From the NCBI GenBank assembly GCA_027624915.1, contig JAQBTR010000005.1, positions 1 to 48,419 of the forward strand: a stretch of 48,419 nt of DNA, given 5' to 3'. Below, piece after piece: positions 1-8,139 of this stretch (its first letter is position 1; each line of letters begins with the position of its first letter). The position numbers were made by a program, and so were the translations under genes. The stretch comes from a bacterium. Lineage in GTDB: Bacteria; Patescibacteriota; Minisyncoccia; Ryanbacterales; GWA2-47-10b. The notes under the pieces are model-generated. The model was not told the DNA's origin, made no database searches, and was given only the letters and a program-made list of their open reading frames with translations.

Positions 1-620
1 CCCTTACTAATGTAGGTTGCATGAAAACTTGGTCGTGCACGGTCTGAATTATTAGCATACGAACCGTGTATCATGTTTCCGTGCATAATAAGTAATGTTC
101 CTTGTTTTACTTCAATATCAATGCTTTTTATTGCAGGCATTTCCGTTTTGTTGCCAGGGCGTAATTCATTATCGTATACAGATTCAAAGGGTAGCAATCC
201 GCAGTTCTGAGATTCAGGGTATAAGTAGAGTCCTCCATTTTCTTTATCTGTATTTTCCAAGAAAATGTGTGCGGTTATAAATGCTCCATCTTTAGCTTGA
301 GGATATGCATTATCTTGATGAGGATTCCATGCTTGATTAGCAAATGTGTTCCCAGGACGTTTATACGCATATTGCGTCATCAATCCATCTACCTCTTTCC
401 CTTGCAACATTTCAATCGTGTCTACAATTCGTCTATCACACATCATCTGTCTAAAGTATGGTTGTTCCCTATCGATGTTGTGGTAGATGTTGCCATCCCC
501 AAAGTATGGTTCTGCTATTAACTGTATTTTTTCGCATTCCTCTTTAGTAAAAATTCCTGCTACAAGTATATATCCGTTTTTTTTATAAAAATCTATTAAC
601 TCTTTTAGTGGGTCGTTCAT
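1..620 (-). CDS. Phytanoyl-CoA dioxygenase (PhyH)-family Fe(II)/2-oxoglutarate dioxygenase, 3' end beyond window edge
   Basis: Not in ORF track. Manual translation from ATG 620 is open to position 1: MNDPLKELIDFYKKNGYILVAGIFTKEEC...WNPHQDNAY...ENGGLYLYPESQ...GTLLIMHGNMIHGSYANNSDRARPS. HxD...H triad and the 2OG-binding Arg are typical of PhyH. Confidence 0.85.
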   Translation of the reverse strand, partial: MNDPLKELIDFYKKNGYILVAGIFTKEECEKIQLIAEPYFGDGNIYHNIDREQPYFRQMMCDRRIVDTIEMLQGKEVDGLMTQYAYKRPGNTFANQAWNPHQDNAYPQAKDGAFITAHIFLENTDKENGGLYLYPESQNCGLLPFESVYDNELRPGNKTEMPAIKSIDIEVKQGTLLIMHGNMIHGSYANNSDRARPSFHATYISK

Positions 621-639
621 TTTGTTTTTTGTTTCATAA

Positions 640-831
640 TTACTCTTTCTTTAGCATTTTCAAAATATCTTCTTTGCGATAACGCCTGTCTTTTCTTTCG
701 CCAAAACGAACAGCAACGAGTATGCCTTTATTGTCCCACTGCCGCAAGGTGTTTGGATGGCATTTCAAAATATCACACGCTTCTTGGAGCGTCAGAAGTT
801 CTGGCATTTTTTGGCTTTTCTTGTTATTCAT
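640..831 (-). CDS. MerR-like/HTH_17 excisionase-type DNA-binding protein
   Basis: LLTLQEACDILKCHPNTLRQWDNKG...RRYRKEDI pattern. Confidence 0.85.
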   Translation of the reverse strand: MNNKKSQKMPELLTLQEACDILKCHPNTLRQWDNKGILVAVRFGERKDRRYRKEDILKMLKKE

Positions 832-834
832 AAG

Positions 835-1371
835 CTACTTTTGCGGGTATCTCCTTAAACATTCGGCTTTATCGTCCGCTAACCCCTTATTAAATAAGTT
901 TACATAGGGGTCTATTGCTAAACGGCAAGAACACTCGTTGTCTTGCCTTTCAAAATAGTCTAAAAGCCCCGCAATTTTGCTGGGGTCGGTTATGCTTCTT
1001 TGCTTCTTATACTCCTCGTCTGTTAGTTCGTATTTTGTAAGGTATTCGTCATAACTCAATTCTTTAATATCTATACACTTATTCGTTAGCTCGCCCTGTG
1101 CCTTACACTCGTTATGCCACCTTTTGTGGTATTTTTCCTGTGCGTTGGCTCTACAAGTATTTAATGCCAGCTCGGCTTCCTCTTTGGCTTGTTGCTCTTT
1201 AAGCTCTTTTGCTAATTCCGTCTCTGTTTTAATCTGTTGCTGTCTCTCAATAAAACGCTGTTTATTTACTTGGCTGGCATAGAAAAAGCCCCCCAAAATA
1301 ATGCTGGCTATTAAAATCACTGCTGGTAGTGATAGTTTATTTATTTTGTCCAAAAGATTGTTTTCTTTCAT
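835..1371 (-). CDS. Hypothetical protein with N-terminal membrane anchor, coiled coil and Cys-rich C-terminal domain
   Basis: 178-aa ORF; hydrophobic LSLPAVILIASIILGGFF; six Cys; ends 3 nt before the HTH gene start. Confidence 0.75.
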   Translation of the reverse strand: MKENNLLDKINKLSLPAVILIASIILGGFFYASQVNKQRFIERQQQIKTETELAKELKEQQAKEEAELALNTCRANAQEKYHKRWHNECKAQGELTNKCIDIKELSYDEYLTKYELTDEEYKKQRSITDPSKIAGLLDYFERQDNECSCRLAIDPYVNLFNKGLADDKAECLRRYPQK

Positions 1372-1466
1372 AAGCCGTTGATTTTTTACCTAACATTGCT
1401 TAACATAAGCATATCGCAGATATAAAGTATCTGCAATACCAAAATTACGATTATCCAAACATTAAG

Positions 1467-1640
1467 ATGATAAACACCAAACAAAAAATATCCATTATCC
1501 GTATGGAAACGCTTGAGCATATAGCAGTTCATTTCGGAGAACTTACCTCTGGATGGAGAATTGAACTCCTACTAAAAGATTGGGGTGTGCCCGGAACTCT
1601 CATTAACCGTTCGGACTCAAAATGGCGGCCGGCCGCGTAG
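1467..1640 (+). pseudogene. Short ORF or truncated gene remnant (57 aa, MINTKQKISIIRMETLEHIAVHFGELTSGWRIELLLKDWGVPG...SKWRPAA)
   Basis: Manual translation; looks protein-like and ends abruptly in a GC-rich GGCCGGCCGCG stretch. Confidence 0.35.
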
Positions 1641-1708
1641 GGCTTAATTTATATTCCCAGTTTTTGGCGGAAGCAATCGAAAAATTAAATTCTAAAAAAT
1701 AAGCTCAA

Positions 1709-1740
1709 TTCAAAACGGCTCATGCATGAGCCGTTTTGAA
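1709..1740. repeat. Perfect 32-bp palindrome (possible bidirectional terminator)
   Basis: TTCAAAACGGCTCATG|CATGAGCCGTTTTGAA. Confidence 0.8.
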
Positions 1741-1763
1741 AAACATGATCTCTGGGTCGCAAG

Positions 1764-1783
1764 CCTGCCTACCGGCAGGCAGG
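1764..1783. repeat. REP-like short palindrome CCTGCCTACCGGCAGGCAGG
   Basis: Imperfect palindrome CCTGCC..GGCAGG. I recall this motif as a dispersed repeat in CPR genomes; only one copy is seen here. Confidence 0.55.
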
Positions 1784-1827
1784 TGTGGTGGCATTATAAT
1801 CCTGCTTTCCTCTACAAATACAAAGTC

Positions 1828-2031
1828 CTAAATGTGGTTATCGCGATGTTTTGAGAGCCACGACACTACAGCATATACGAGATAAAAACTATAGAAACTG
1901 AGTGCTGGTCCAAAAACTATTGGAGATATTCCACTCCTCCATTCAACTCCATCTGGTAGGGCGAAATAATGAACATATAAAGTAACGGCAAATATCGCCA
2001 AGTGAACAAAAATCATTCTATACTTGCTCAT
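1828..2031 (-). CDS. Small two-TM membrane protein
   Basis: 67 aa with two hydrophobic segments; TACTAT -10 element 7 nt before ATG. Confidence 0.6.
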   Translation of the reverse strand: MSKYRMIFVHLAIFAVTLYVHYFALPDGVEWRSGISPIVFGPALSFYSFYLVYAVVSWLSKHRDNHI

Positions 2032-2129
2032 ACTTTAAATAGTATCAGAAAGTTATATCAAAACCTATTGGGGTCGGCAACTCGAGGACGTTCGAACCTG
2101 TTTTGTATAGATACCCCACCCCTAGTTCA

Positions 2130-2633
2130 CTATTTCGGACCCAAATCAACTGGAACTTTATTACTAACACAGTAATTAGGGTCATCGCACTGACAGCCCA
2201 ATTGTAAGCCATCTAAATCTTGCCCTACGTGCGTTCCATAGTAGTAATCAGAATCTAGTTTCTGTAAGCTCGCTTTTAATACGTAAGAGCCCCCATTACT
2301 ATCAGAAGAGTATTCATATTGAGACCACCCACTATCTGATAGTGGGTCATCAAAACCAACTGCTAAGCCTCCAAGAACACCAACGTCTGAGCAATCCGTG
2401 GTGATTGGATAGTTTCCATTTTCCTCGTGATAAATTTCCAAGGATATCTGTAGGTTTCGCAAGTCTGTAGTTCGTTTTTTGTTTATAAATTCTGGACCCT
2501 CGTGTCCGTGTCTAAAGACTTTTTGTGTATTAGCTAAAATAAAGCCTGCACCAATAACAATAATAAACGTCACAGCCATTGCCAACATTATCTGCCTTGG
2601 TGTTCCAATATATTTCCACAAGAAACTTAACAT
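2130..2633 (-). CDS. Type IV pilin/GspG-like protein
   Basis: N-terminal TM; KRTTDLRNLQISLEIYHEENGNYP; DPL...YEY..S...SYVLKASL; C-terminal Cys. Confidence 0.75.
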   Translation of the reverse strand: MLSFLWKYIGTPRQIMLAMAVTFIIVIGAGFILANTQKVFRHGHEGPEFINKKRTTDLRNLQISLEIYHEENGNYPITTDCSDVGVLGGLAVGFDDPLSDSGWSQYEYSSDSNGGSYVLKASLQKLDSDYYYGTHVGQDLDGLQLGCQCDDPNYCVSNKVPVDLGPK

Positions 2634-2669
2634 ACCCCCATCTTAAAAGTGATTGTTACTTTTTACCAG

Positions 2670-2742
2670 GGTGAGTGACGGGATTCGAACCCGCGATCTT
2701 CTCTGCCACAGAGAGACGCTTTACCGCTAAGCTACACCCACC
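2670..2742 (-). tRNA. tRNA-His(GTG), encoded G-1, no CCA
   Basis: GGTGGGTGTAGCTTAGCGGTAAAGCGTCTCTCT-GTG-GCAGAGAAGATCGCGGGTTCGAATCCCGTCACTCACC. Confidence 0.95.
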
Positions 2743-2818
2743 ATATGTTAAGGGATTATATACCAAAAACCTCCTTGTATCAATATACTGCCATTAAAAA
2801 AGCCCGCGTGCTAGCGGA

Positions 2819-3826
2819 CTACTTTGACCTGGCCTTTGCTATCAATGACAGGAAAGCCATTCTTGTCATCCAACCGTTATAGACCTGGTCGTCAATGATA
2901 ATTCGATCATCTTCGAGTGGTGGAAATCTTCCGGGTATTTCGAGACCTCGTGGAAGAGGATGAGTTATGAGAGTGTCAGATTTGATTGCCTTTCTAAATT
3001 CTAATGTCGCTCCATATCTTGTTACGTATTCCTTTTCGAACTTTAGGTCTGGTTTTTTCTTGCGTCGTTCTTTTTGAAGTCTCGTAAAATACCAAACATC
3101 AACTTCGCCAGCGATTTCCTGCCAGTTATCAACTTTGATTACCTCAAGATCAAGGCGGACGGCATCAAGAATGTCTTGCGGAAGATTATAATCAGGGAAT
3201 GATACGACATAGACCCTACCACCAAAGTGACGGAGCGCAAGAATATCAGACTTGATAGTACGTGAGTGAGGTAGATCTCCCACAAACGCCCACACTAGAC
3301 CACCTGACTCAAATACCTTTCGTCGCCGTTCCCAGATAGTGTAGAGGTCCAAGAGCATTTGTGTTGGGTGCTCAATATTACCCTCACCCGCACTGATGAT
3401 AGATGTTTTGTATCCGTACGCTTCAACGGTCTCAACAGCACGACGCATTACGTTTGGCTCACTCCCCTCATGACGCAAGATACATATATCGTAATCGTAT
3501 CTAAGCGCCATCAAAATTGTATCTTCATAGCTCTCACCTTTGGCGCGCGAAGAAGTTTTTTCTGCATGCGTATTGCTTCGCCATTTACCACCAAGGAAAT
3601 CTACCGCCTCCAAAAACGAATCGTGCGTCCTGGTGGAGGGTTCATCAAAATGTAACTTCACACGATACGGACTTGAATCATCGTGTTTTAGAACCTCTCC
3701 AAGCTGACGTTTTCCAAGAGGACTCTTCATAGCTCCTTTTATATATGCTGTCTTTTCAAAGATCTCAATCAAGTCACGGTGTGTGAAGTCCCCAGCTGAT
3801 ACTATATGTCTTCTATCCCAGGGCAT
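2819..3826 (-). CDS. pyrB: Aspartate carbamoyltransferase catalytic subunit
   Basis: EPSTRT, KGES, EHPTQMLLD, VGDL, TRLQKER and HPLPR motifs. Confidence 0.9.
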   Translation of the reverse strand: MPWDRRHIVSAGDFTHRDLIEIFEKTAYIKGAMKSPLGKRQLGEVLKHDDSSPYRVKLHFDEPSTRTHDSFLEAVDFLGGKWRSNTHAEKTSSRAKGESYEDTILMALRYDYDICILRHEGSEPNVMRRAVETVEAYGYKTSIISAGEGNIEHPTQMLLDLYTIWERRRKVFESGGLVWAFVGDLPHSRTIKSDILALRHFGGRVYVVSFPDYNLPQDILDAVRLDLEVIKVDNWQEIAGEVDVWYFTRLQKERRKKKPDLKFEKEYVTRYGATLEFRKAIKSDTLITHPLPRGLEIPGRFPPLEDDRIIIDDQVYNGWMTRMAFLSLIAKARSK

Positions 3827-3857
3827 GTAACACCTTTCTTTTAGTTAAACCTCCACC

Positions 3858-3886
3858 ATAATGCTCTTTGCCACCACCTTTGTCAA
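3858..3886 (-). promoter_or_regulatory. Sigma70 promoter of pyrB
   Basis: TTGACA-17 nt-CATTAT; SD-like AAAGGTG before ATG. Confidence 0.55.
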
Positions 3887-3888
3887 AC

Positions 3889-3916
3889 AAAAAGACCGTC
3901 CGTGAACGGTCTTTTT
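3889..3916 (-). terminator. Rho-independent terminator after ECF operon
   Basis: AAAAAGACCGT-CCGTGA-ACGGTCTTTTT. Confidence 0.75.
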
Positions 3917-3933
3917 ATATGAACCCATCAGTA

Positions 3934-4752
3934 TTAACGAATAGCTTTGACTTGTGTGACAATCTCACGAAAAATCTGATAGACATCCTTAATAAGCATC
4001 TTTACTTCCTTGAGCTTAGATTGTATCCGCTTAAGAAAATCGAGGTCTGTTTCATTGTTCTGAATAATCTCCTTTACGTCACTCAGAATATTTTTTGCAG
4101 TTGTTATTTTTTCTCTTGCGCTCGATAGAAGACGTTTTAATTCTGTCACGTCTTTTCCATTCTCTGAGAGGTCGGTTAGATATTGCTCGATTCTATCAGC
4201 ACGAGCCTCAATGGTTGTAATGACTCGATGCTCATAGACACCGATGTGTGCAAGTAACACGAGACCACGAACCTTGGTGTTGTATGCATTTTTTCTATGC
4301 GATGCGAGCTCTTCCTTGATGCGTGCCAACTCTTCAATTGTAGTTGCGCTGTTGGTTTTTTCTTGAAGCTCAGTGAGCTTGGCAATATCACGATCAATTT
4401 CGGCAATAATGCGTGCTTCGAGCTCATCATCTATTACTGGGAGATTTGTGACCCGCTCTTTTAAAAGCTCTGCATGTTTAATAAGTGAGTCTATGGCACG
4501 AAGTAAAAACTGCTTTTGTCGTTCAAAATTATTATTGTCACCTAGTCGCTCACGCGCCTCTTGAAACCTAGTACGAGCCTCTTGGAGATTGCTCTTATCC
4601 ATCTTTTTTTGAAATGCCTCACGCACTTTTAATACACCGGCGCGAGCTGGTACACGCCTATGAGATTCTGCAACAGCGGCAGGCGCAAAGGTTGCGACAC
4701 CTATGGCAACTGCAAGACCCCCTATAATAATTTTTTTGTGTAATGTGTTCAT
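3934..4752 (-). CDS. Secreted alpha-helical/coiled-coil hypothetical protein
   Basis: Signal peptide (KKIIIGGLAVAIGVATFAPAAVA) followed by helical E/K/R-rich body; third gene of ECF operon. Confidence 0.8.
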   Translation of the reverse strand: MNTLHKKIIIGGLAVAIGVATFAPAAVAESHRRVPARAGVLKVREAFQKKMDKSNLQEARTRFQEARERLGDNNNFERQKQFLLRAIDSLIKHAELLKERVTNLPVIDDELEARIIAEIDRDIAKLTELQEKTNSATTIEELARIKEELASHRKNAYNTKVRGLVLLAHIGVYEHRVITTIEARADRIEQYLTDLSENGKDVTELKRLLSSAREKITTAKNILSDVKEIIQNNETDLDFLKRIQSKLKEVKMLIKDVYQIFREIVTQVKAIR

Positions 4753-4754
4753 GA

Positions 4755-5324
4755 TTAAAATTCGGCTAGAGCCGTATCAATCTCGGCCGTACTAAATTCG
4801 TCTAAAAAGAAATCGTCCATGGTACCGCCAAAATCTATGTCTTGTTCTTCTTGGTCTATCTCTGCCACCGTTAGCTTAATGTTCACCAAACTTATTGCGG
4901 GTGCCGCGGTATCTTCTGGTGCGGCCGTACCTCGACTTTTCTTTGTAAGGTCGTCTTGGTTATCAATAAAAGCAACAGTTTGATCCTCATTTACTACTGT
5001 ACTTGAGCGAAACTGGCCAAGAGTTACAGTAACAAGAAGCAATGCCATAGCCCCAACCGGCAATACAACGCGCCACGGAAAGACAAAAGAACCCTCTTTG
5101 ATTGAACGCTTGCCATTAAGCTTTGTGACTATGGAGCCTGAAAGCTTCAATGACGGTTCTATTTGTTTTGCGGTCTCACCCAAGAGATGTGCGGTTGCAA
5201 AAATTTCTTTAAGCTCACCCGAATACTCTGGGAACATGCTTAAAATATCAGATACCGAAGTGCCCTGATCATGCAACATCAGTACCTTATCCAAAATATC
5301 TTCTGTTAGTTCGTTTTTGTTCAT
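4755..5324 (-). CDS. Putative single-TM anti-sigma factor
   Basis: Overlaps ECF sigma stop (ATGA); cytoplasmic N-domain, TM (WRVVLPVGAMALLLVTV), acidic tail. Confidence 0.65.
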   Translation of the reverse strand: MNKNELTEDILDKVLMLHDQGTSVSDILSMFPEYSGELKEIFATAHLLGETAKQIEPSLKLSGSIVTKLNGKRSIKEGSFVFPWRVVLPVGAMALLLVTVTLGQFRSSTVVNEDQTVAFIDNQDDLTKKSRGTAAPEDTAAPAISLVNIKLTVAEIDQEEQDIDFGGTMDDFFLDEFSTAEIDTALAEF

Positions 5325-5881
5325 ATGAGATTATTATTTTTAAATTCGGCTCGCAAAGACTTAAGTGCCCGACTTTGCACTTGTCTTATTGCCGGTTCTG
5401 ACTTGCCTGTCATTTTAGCAATTTCTTTATTGGTAAGCCCATCAATAAATTTTAAAGTCATAATTTCGCGTTGGTCATCCCCCAGACTCGTAAGCGCACC
5501 GTACACCAAACGAGAGGCTTCATTTTGTTCGGCGAGCCGCTCTGTTCTGTCAGGTGCTTCACGTGTGGCAAAAAACACGTCAGGGTCATCAGGTATCAAA
5601 TCCTTTTTCTTTTTCCAATGATCAATAATACTGTTGCGTGCAATGGTATAGAGCCATGCTAAAAAGCGTTCTTCCCTATCATCAAATCGCGGAAGCGCAT
5701 TCCACGCTTTTACAAACACGGTTTGTGTAAGATCTTCGGCATCTGCTCGGTTACGAACACGTATAAATACAAAGCGAAAAATCGGCGTCATAAACTGCCG
5801 ATACAGATCGTCAAATGCGGCACTATCACCGCCTTTTGCCTTTTGTACTAAAGCTATCAATGAAGAGTCATTAAGTGACAT
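5321..5881 (-). CDS. ECF RNA polymerase sigma factor (sigma70 family)
   Basis: GDSAAFDDLY, DAEDLTQTVFVKAW, AWLYTIARN, region 4 GLTNKEIA; start moved to ATG 5881 (MSLNDSS). Confidence 0.93.
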   Translation of the reverse strand: MSLNDSSLIALVQKAKGGDSAAFDDLYRQFMTPIFRFVFIRVRNRADAEDLTQTVFVKAWNALPRFDDREERFLAWLYTIARNSIIDHWKKKKDLIPDDPDVFFATREAPDRTERLAEQNEASRLVYGALTSLGDDQREIMTLKFIDGLTNKEIAKMTGKSEPAIRQVQSRALKSLRAEFKNNNLI

Positions 5882-5916
5882 AAGTACAACGATTATACAC
5901 ATATCTTGTGACAAAT

Positions 5917-5942
5917 AAAAAGGCTGGCCTGTGAGCCAGCTT
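5917..5942 (-). terminator. Hairpin terminator
   Basis: AAAAAGGCTGGC-CTGTGA-GCCAGCTT. Confidence 0.55.
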
Positions 5943-6036
5943 GTCATGATATAAATCCTTTGGGACGCCATCCTTTTTGATAGCAAGGGTCGCACACAGG
6001 AACGTTAACTAGAACGCCATGTTGCTTAGCGATGAG

Positions 6037-6316
6037 TCAAAAAATCACAAACCTAAGTCTGTGATTTTTTGATTGTGCGCGACTTCAAGTCTTCTATCGT
6101 TATAAACAGTCAAAAAAAGCGTGGTGTAAAACACCAGCTTTTTTGATTGTGCGCGAGAGGAGACTTGGTCACAGCTCTTGCTACGCAAGGCCGCTACCCC
6201 GCCTCCTCATGCCTACGGCATATCGTCCGGCCTTCAAGTCCCCACGCAAGCAAAGCAGTTTGCTTGCTCTCGCTTACAAATAAAAATGGCTGGCGAAAAG
6301 CCAGACGTTTTTATTT
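6037..6316 (-). repeat. Array downstream of tRNA-Leu: repeated tRNA 3'-end fragments alternating with terminator hairpins, containing a structured T-loop element
   Basis: TGTGCGCGA at 6075, 6148 and 6316; 18-nt tRNA match 6150-6167; hairpins 6037-6073, 6111-6146, 6283-6312; element 6168-6267. Confidence 0.85.
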
Positions 6317-6317
6317 G

Positions 6318-6401
6318 TGCGCGAGAGGAGACTTGAACTCCTACGGGATTACTCCCACACGCCCCTCAAGCGTGCGCGTCTACCAGTTTCGCCACCCGCG
6401 C
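6318..6401 (-). tRNA. tRNA-Leu(GAG), no CCA
   Basis: GCGCGGGTGGCGAAACTGGTAGACGCGCACGCTT-GAG-GGGCGTG, long variable arm, GGAGTTCAAGTCTCCTCTCGCGCA. Confidence 0.95.
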
Positions 6402-6403
6402 AT

Positions 6404-6901
6404 TTATTTTTTAGTTGCCTCAGCTTTAACAGCCTCAGCTTTTTCTTCCGACGAAACTTCTTGTAAAGTTTTTTCGGACACGTCTACCTTATCTTCGCTT
6501 GAATCAGCTTCATTTCCAACCGCCGGAGTTGCCTTTTGAACTGCAAACTGAACCTGACGCATCTTCTTGCGCATGTCGCGAGCTGCCTTGTGACGGAGAT
6601 AATACAATTTTGCACGACGCAAACGAGATGCACGTCGTACTACTTCAATTTTTTCGATTACTGGTGAATGAAGAGGAAACACTCGTTCAACACCAACACC
6701 CATAGACATCTTACGAACGGTGAATGTTCCTGAGATACCCTTACCATGTTTTTGAGCAAGAATAAGACCCTCGAATGTCTGGAGTCGAGACTTTTCACCT
6801 TCTTTAATTCGTGTGGTTACGCGAACCGTGTCTCCAGGTCGCATATCTACCTCGGATGGTTTCATGAACCCCTTTATATCATAATCTACTGCGATTGACA
6901 A
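6404..6901 (-). CDS. rplS: 50S ribosomal protein L19 with acidic C-terminal extension
   Basis: [37 protein letters not shown]; exact start uncertain. Confidence 0.95.
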   Translation of the reverse strand: MSIAVDYDIKGFMKPSEVDMRPGDTVRVTTRIKEGEKSRLQTFEGLILAQKHGKGISGTFTVRKMSMGVGVERVFPLHSPVIEKIEVVRRASRLRRAKLYYLRHKAARDMRKKMRQVQFAVQKATPAVGNEADSSEDKVDVSEKTLQEVSSEEKAEAVKAEATKK

Positions 6902-7587
6902 TGTTTTAAGGTCTTTTCGAGATCTTGTGGCAGTGGAGCCTCCAAGGTCATGTGTTCGCCTGATGGAAGTGCAAAATCAAGCCGAAAGGCATGTAAAAAC
7001 TGCCTTTTTAGTGTGGTTGGGCATACATTGCGCTTGCCTGCATAAAGCTCGTCACAAACAATAGGATAGCCAATGTGAGCTAAATGTGAGCGTATTTGAT
7101 GTGTTCTCCCTGTCTTTGGAGATACCTCGAGAAGCGTAAATTTATTGCCAAATCGTTCTCTTACCTTGTACTCGGTTACGGCATCTCGTGACTTTCCCTG
7201 TTCACCTCCCACAACACGCTTTTCAAAATTTTTGGTTGAACGTGCGAGTGGTTCATCTATTATCCCTGAATCGTCTCGAACAGAACCGACTACAAGTGCC
7301 AAATATATTTTTCTAATCTTTCGCTCTTTAAATAATTCTTTAAAATGACGAAATGCATTTCCGGTTTTTGTAATTAACAAAACGCCCGACGTATCCTTAT
7401 CGAGACGATGCACGATACCAGGGCGCTCGGAGTCTTCGCCTACCCCCTTAATGTCAGGATAATTTTCTAGCAACCAGTTAACTACCGTACCCTTCTTGTG
7501 ATGGTCGTCAGGATGCACCACAACGCCGGCCGGTTTATTGATGACGAGTATTTCCGAGTCTTCAAATATGATTTTCGGTGCTCGCAT
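6886..7587 (-). CDS. RluA/RluD-family pseudouridine synthase (no S4 domain)
   Basis: [26 protein letters not shown]; start at ATG 7587. Confidence 0.93.
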   Translation of the reverse strand: MRAPKIIFEDSEILVINKPAGVVVHPDDHHKKGTVVNWLLENYPDIKGVGEDSERPGIVHRLDKDTSGVLLITKTGNAFRHFKELFKERKIRKIYLALVVGSVRDDSGIIDEPLARSTKNFEKRVVGGEQGKSRDAVTEYKVRERFGNKFTLLEVSPKTGRTHQIRSHLAHIGYPIVCDELYAGKRNVCPTTLKRQFLHAFRLDFALPSGEHMTLEAPLPQDLEKTLKHCQSQ

Positions 7588-7672
7588 AGCCTCTACATAA
7601 TAGCGAAAAACTCGCAAAATTGCGAGCCCTCGGTGTAACGTTATACTGCTCGCTTCGCTCCCAGTATCCTAC

Positions 7673-7712
7673 AATCCGCAAATGAACAATCTATAATTGT
7701 TCAGCGGAATTG
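7673..7712. repeat. 40-bp dispersed palindromic repeat, copy 1
   Basis: AATCCGCAAATGAACAATCTATAATTGTTCAGCGGAATTG; same length and flanks as 23132-23171. Confidence 0.8.
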
Positions 7713-7719
7713 TGGTCAG

Positions 7720-8130
7720 CTACGTTACAGACTTTATCTTCTCAGCAATCACCTCTAATTCTTCGGTTGGTTTGTTAGAAACAACAGACTGTAATGAACT
7801 TCCTCCATCTCCCTTCCAGCGTGGCATAATATGAAAGTGCATATGGTCTACTTCTTGCCCTGATACTCGTCCGTAATTCATCCCGAGCGTAAAACCATCT
7901 GGCACGAGAGCTTTTTTAACTTTGTTGGTTACCAATTGAACCGCTTCAAAAAATGGACCGACATCTTCTTTTGGTAATTCTGATAAGTTTTCTACATGTT
8001 TTTTTGGTATCACCATTGTGTGCCCAGGCGAACGAGGTTGAGCATCCAAAAACGCAAGAACAATATCATCCTCATATACTTTTACTGGTAAAATCTCCTC
8101 TGCTATTATTTTGCAAAATAGACAATCCAT
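7720..8130 (-). CDS. HIT family hydrolase
   Basis: MDCLFCKII, GHTMVIPKKH, HMHFHIMPR. Confidence 0.95.
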   Translation of the reverse strand: MDCLFCKIIAEEILPVKVYEDDIVLAFLDAQPRSPGHTMVIPKKHVENLSELPKEDVGPFFEAVQLVTNKVKKALVPDGFTLGMNYGRVSGQEVDHMHFHIMPRWKGDGGSSLQSVVSNKPTEELEVIAEKIKSVT

Positions 8131-8139
8131 AATAATTTT

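Noticed and set aside
95-521. Plus-strand ORFs 95-280 and 267-521
   Set aside because: Shadows of the minus-strand PhyH gene.
6147-6539. 130-aa ORF with repeated 'CARGDL'
   Set aside because: Antisense translation of tRNA-Leu, its duplicated 3' end and rplS.
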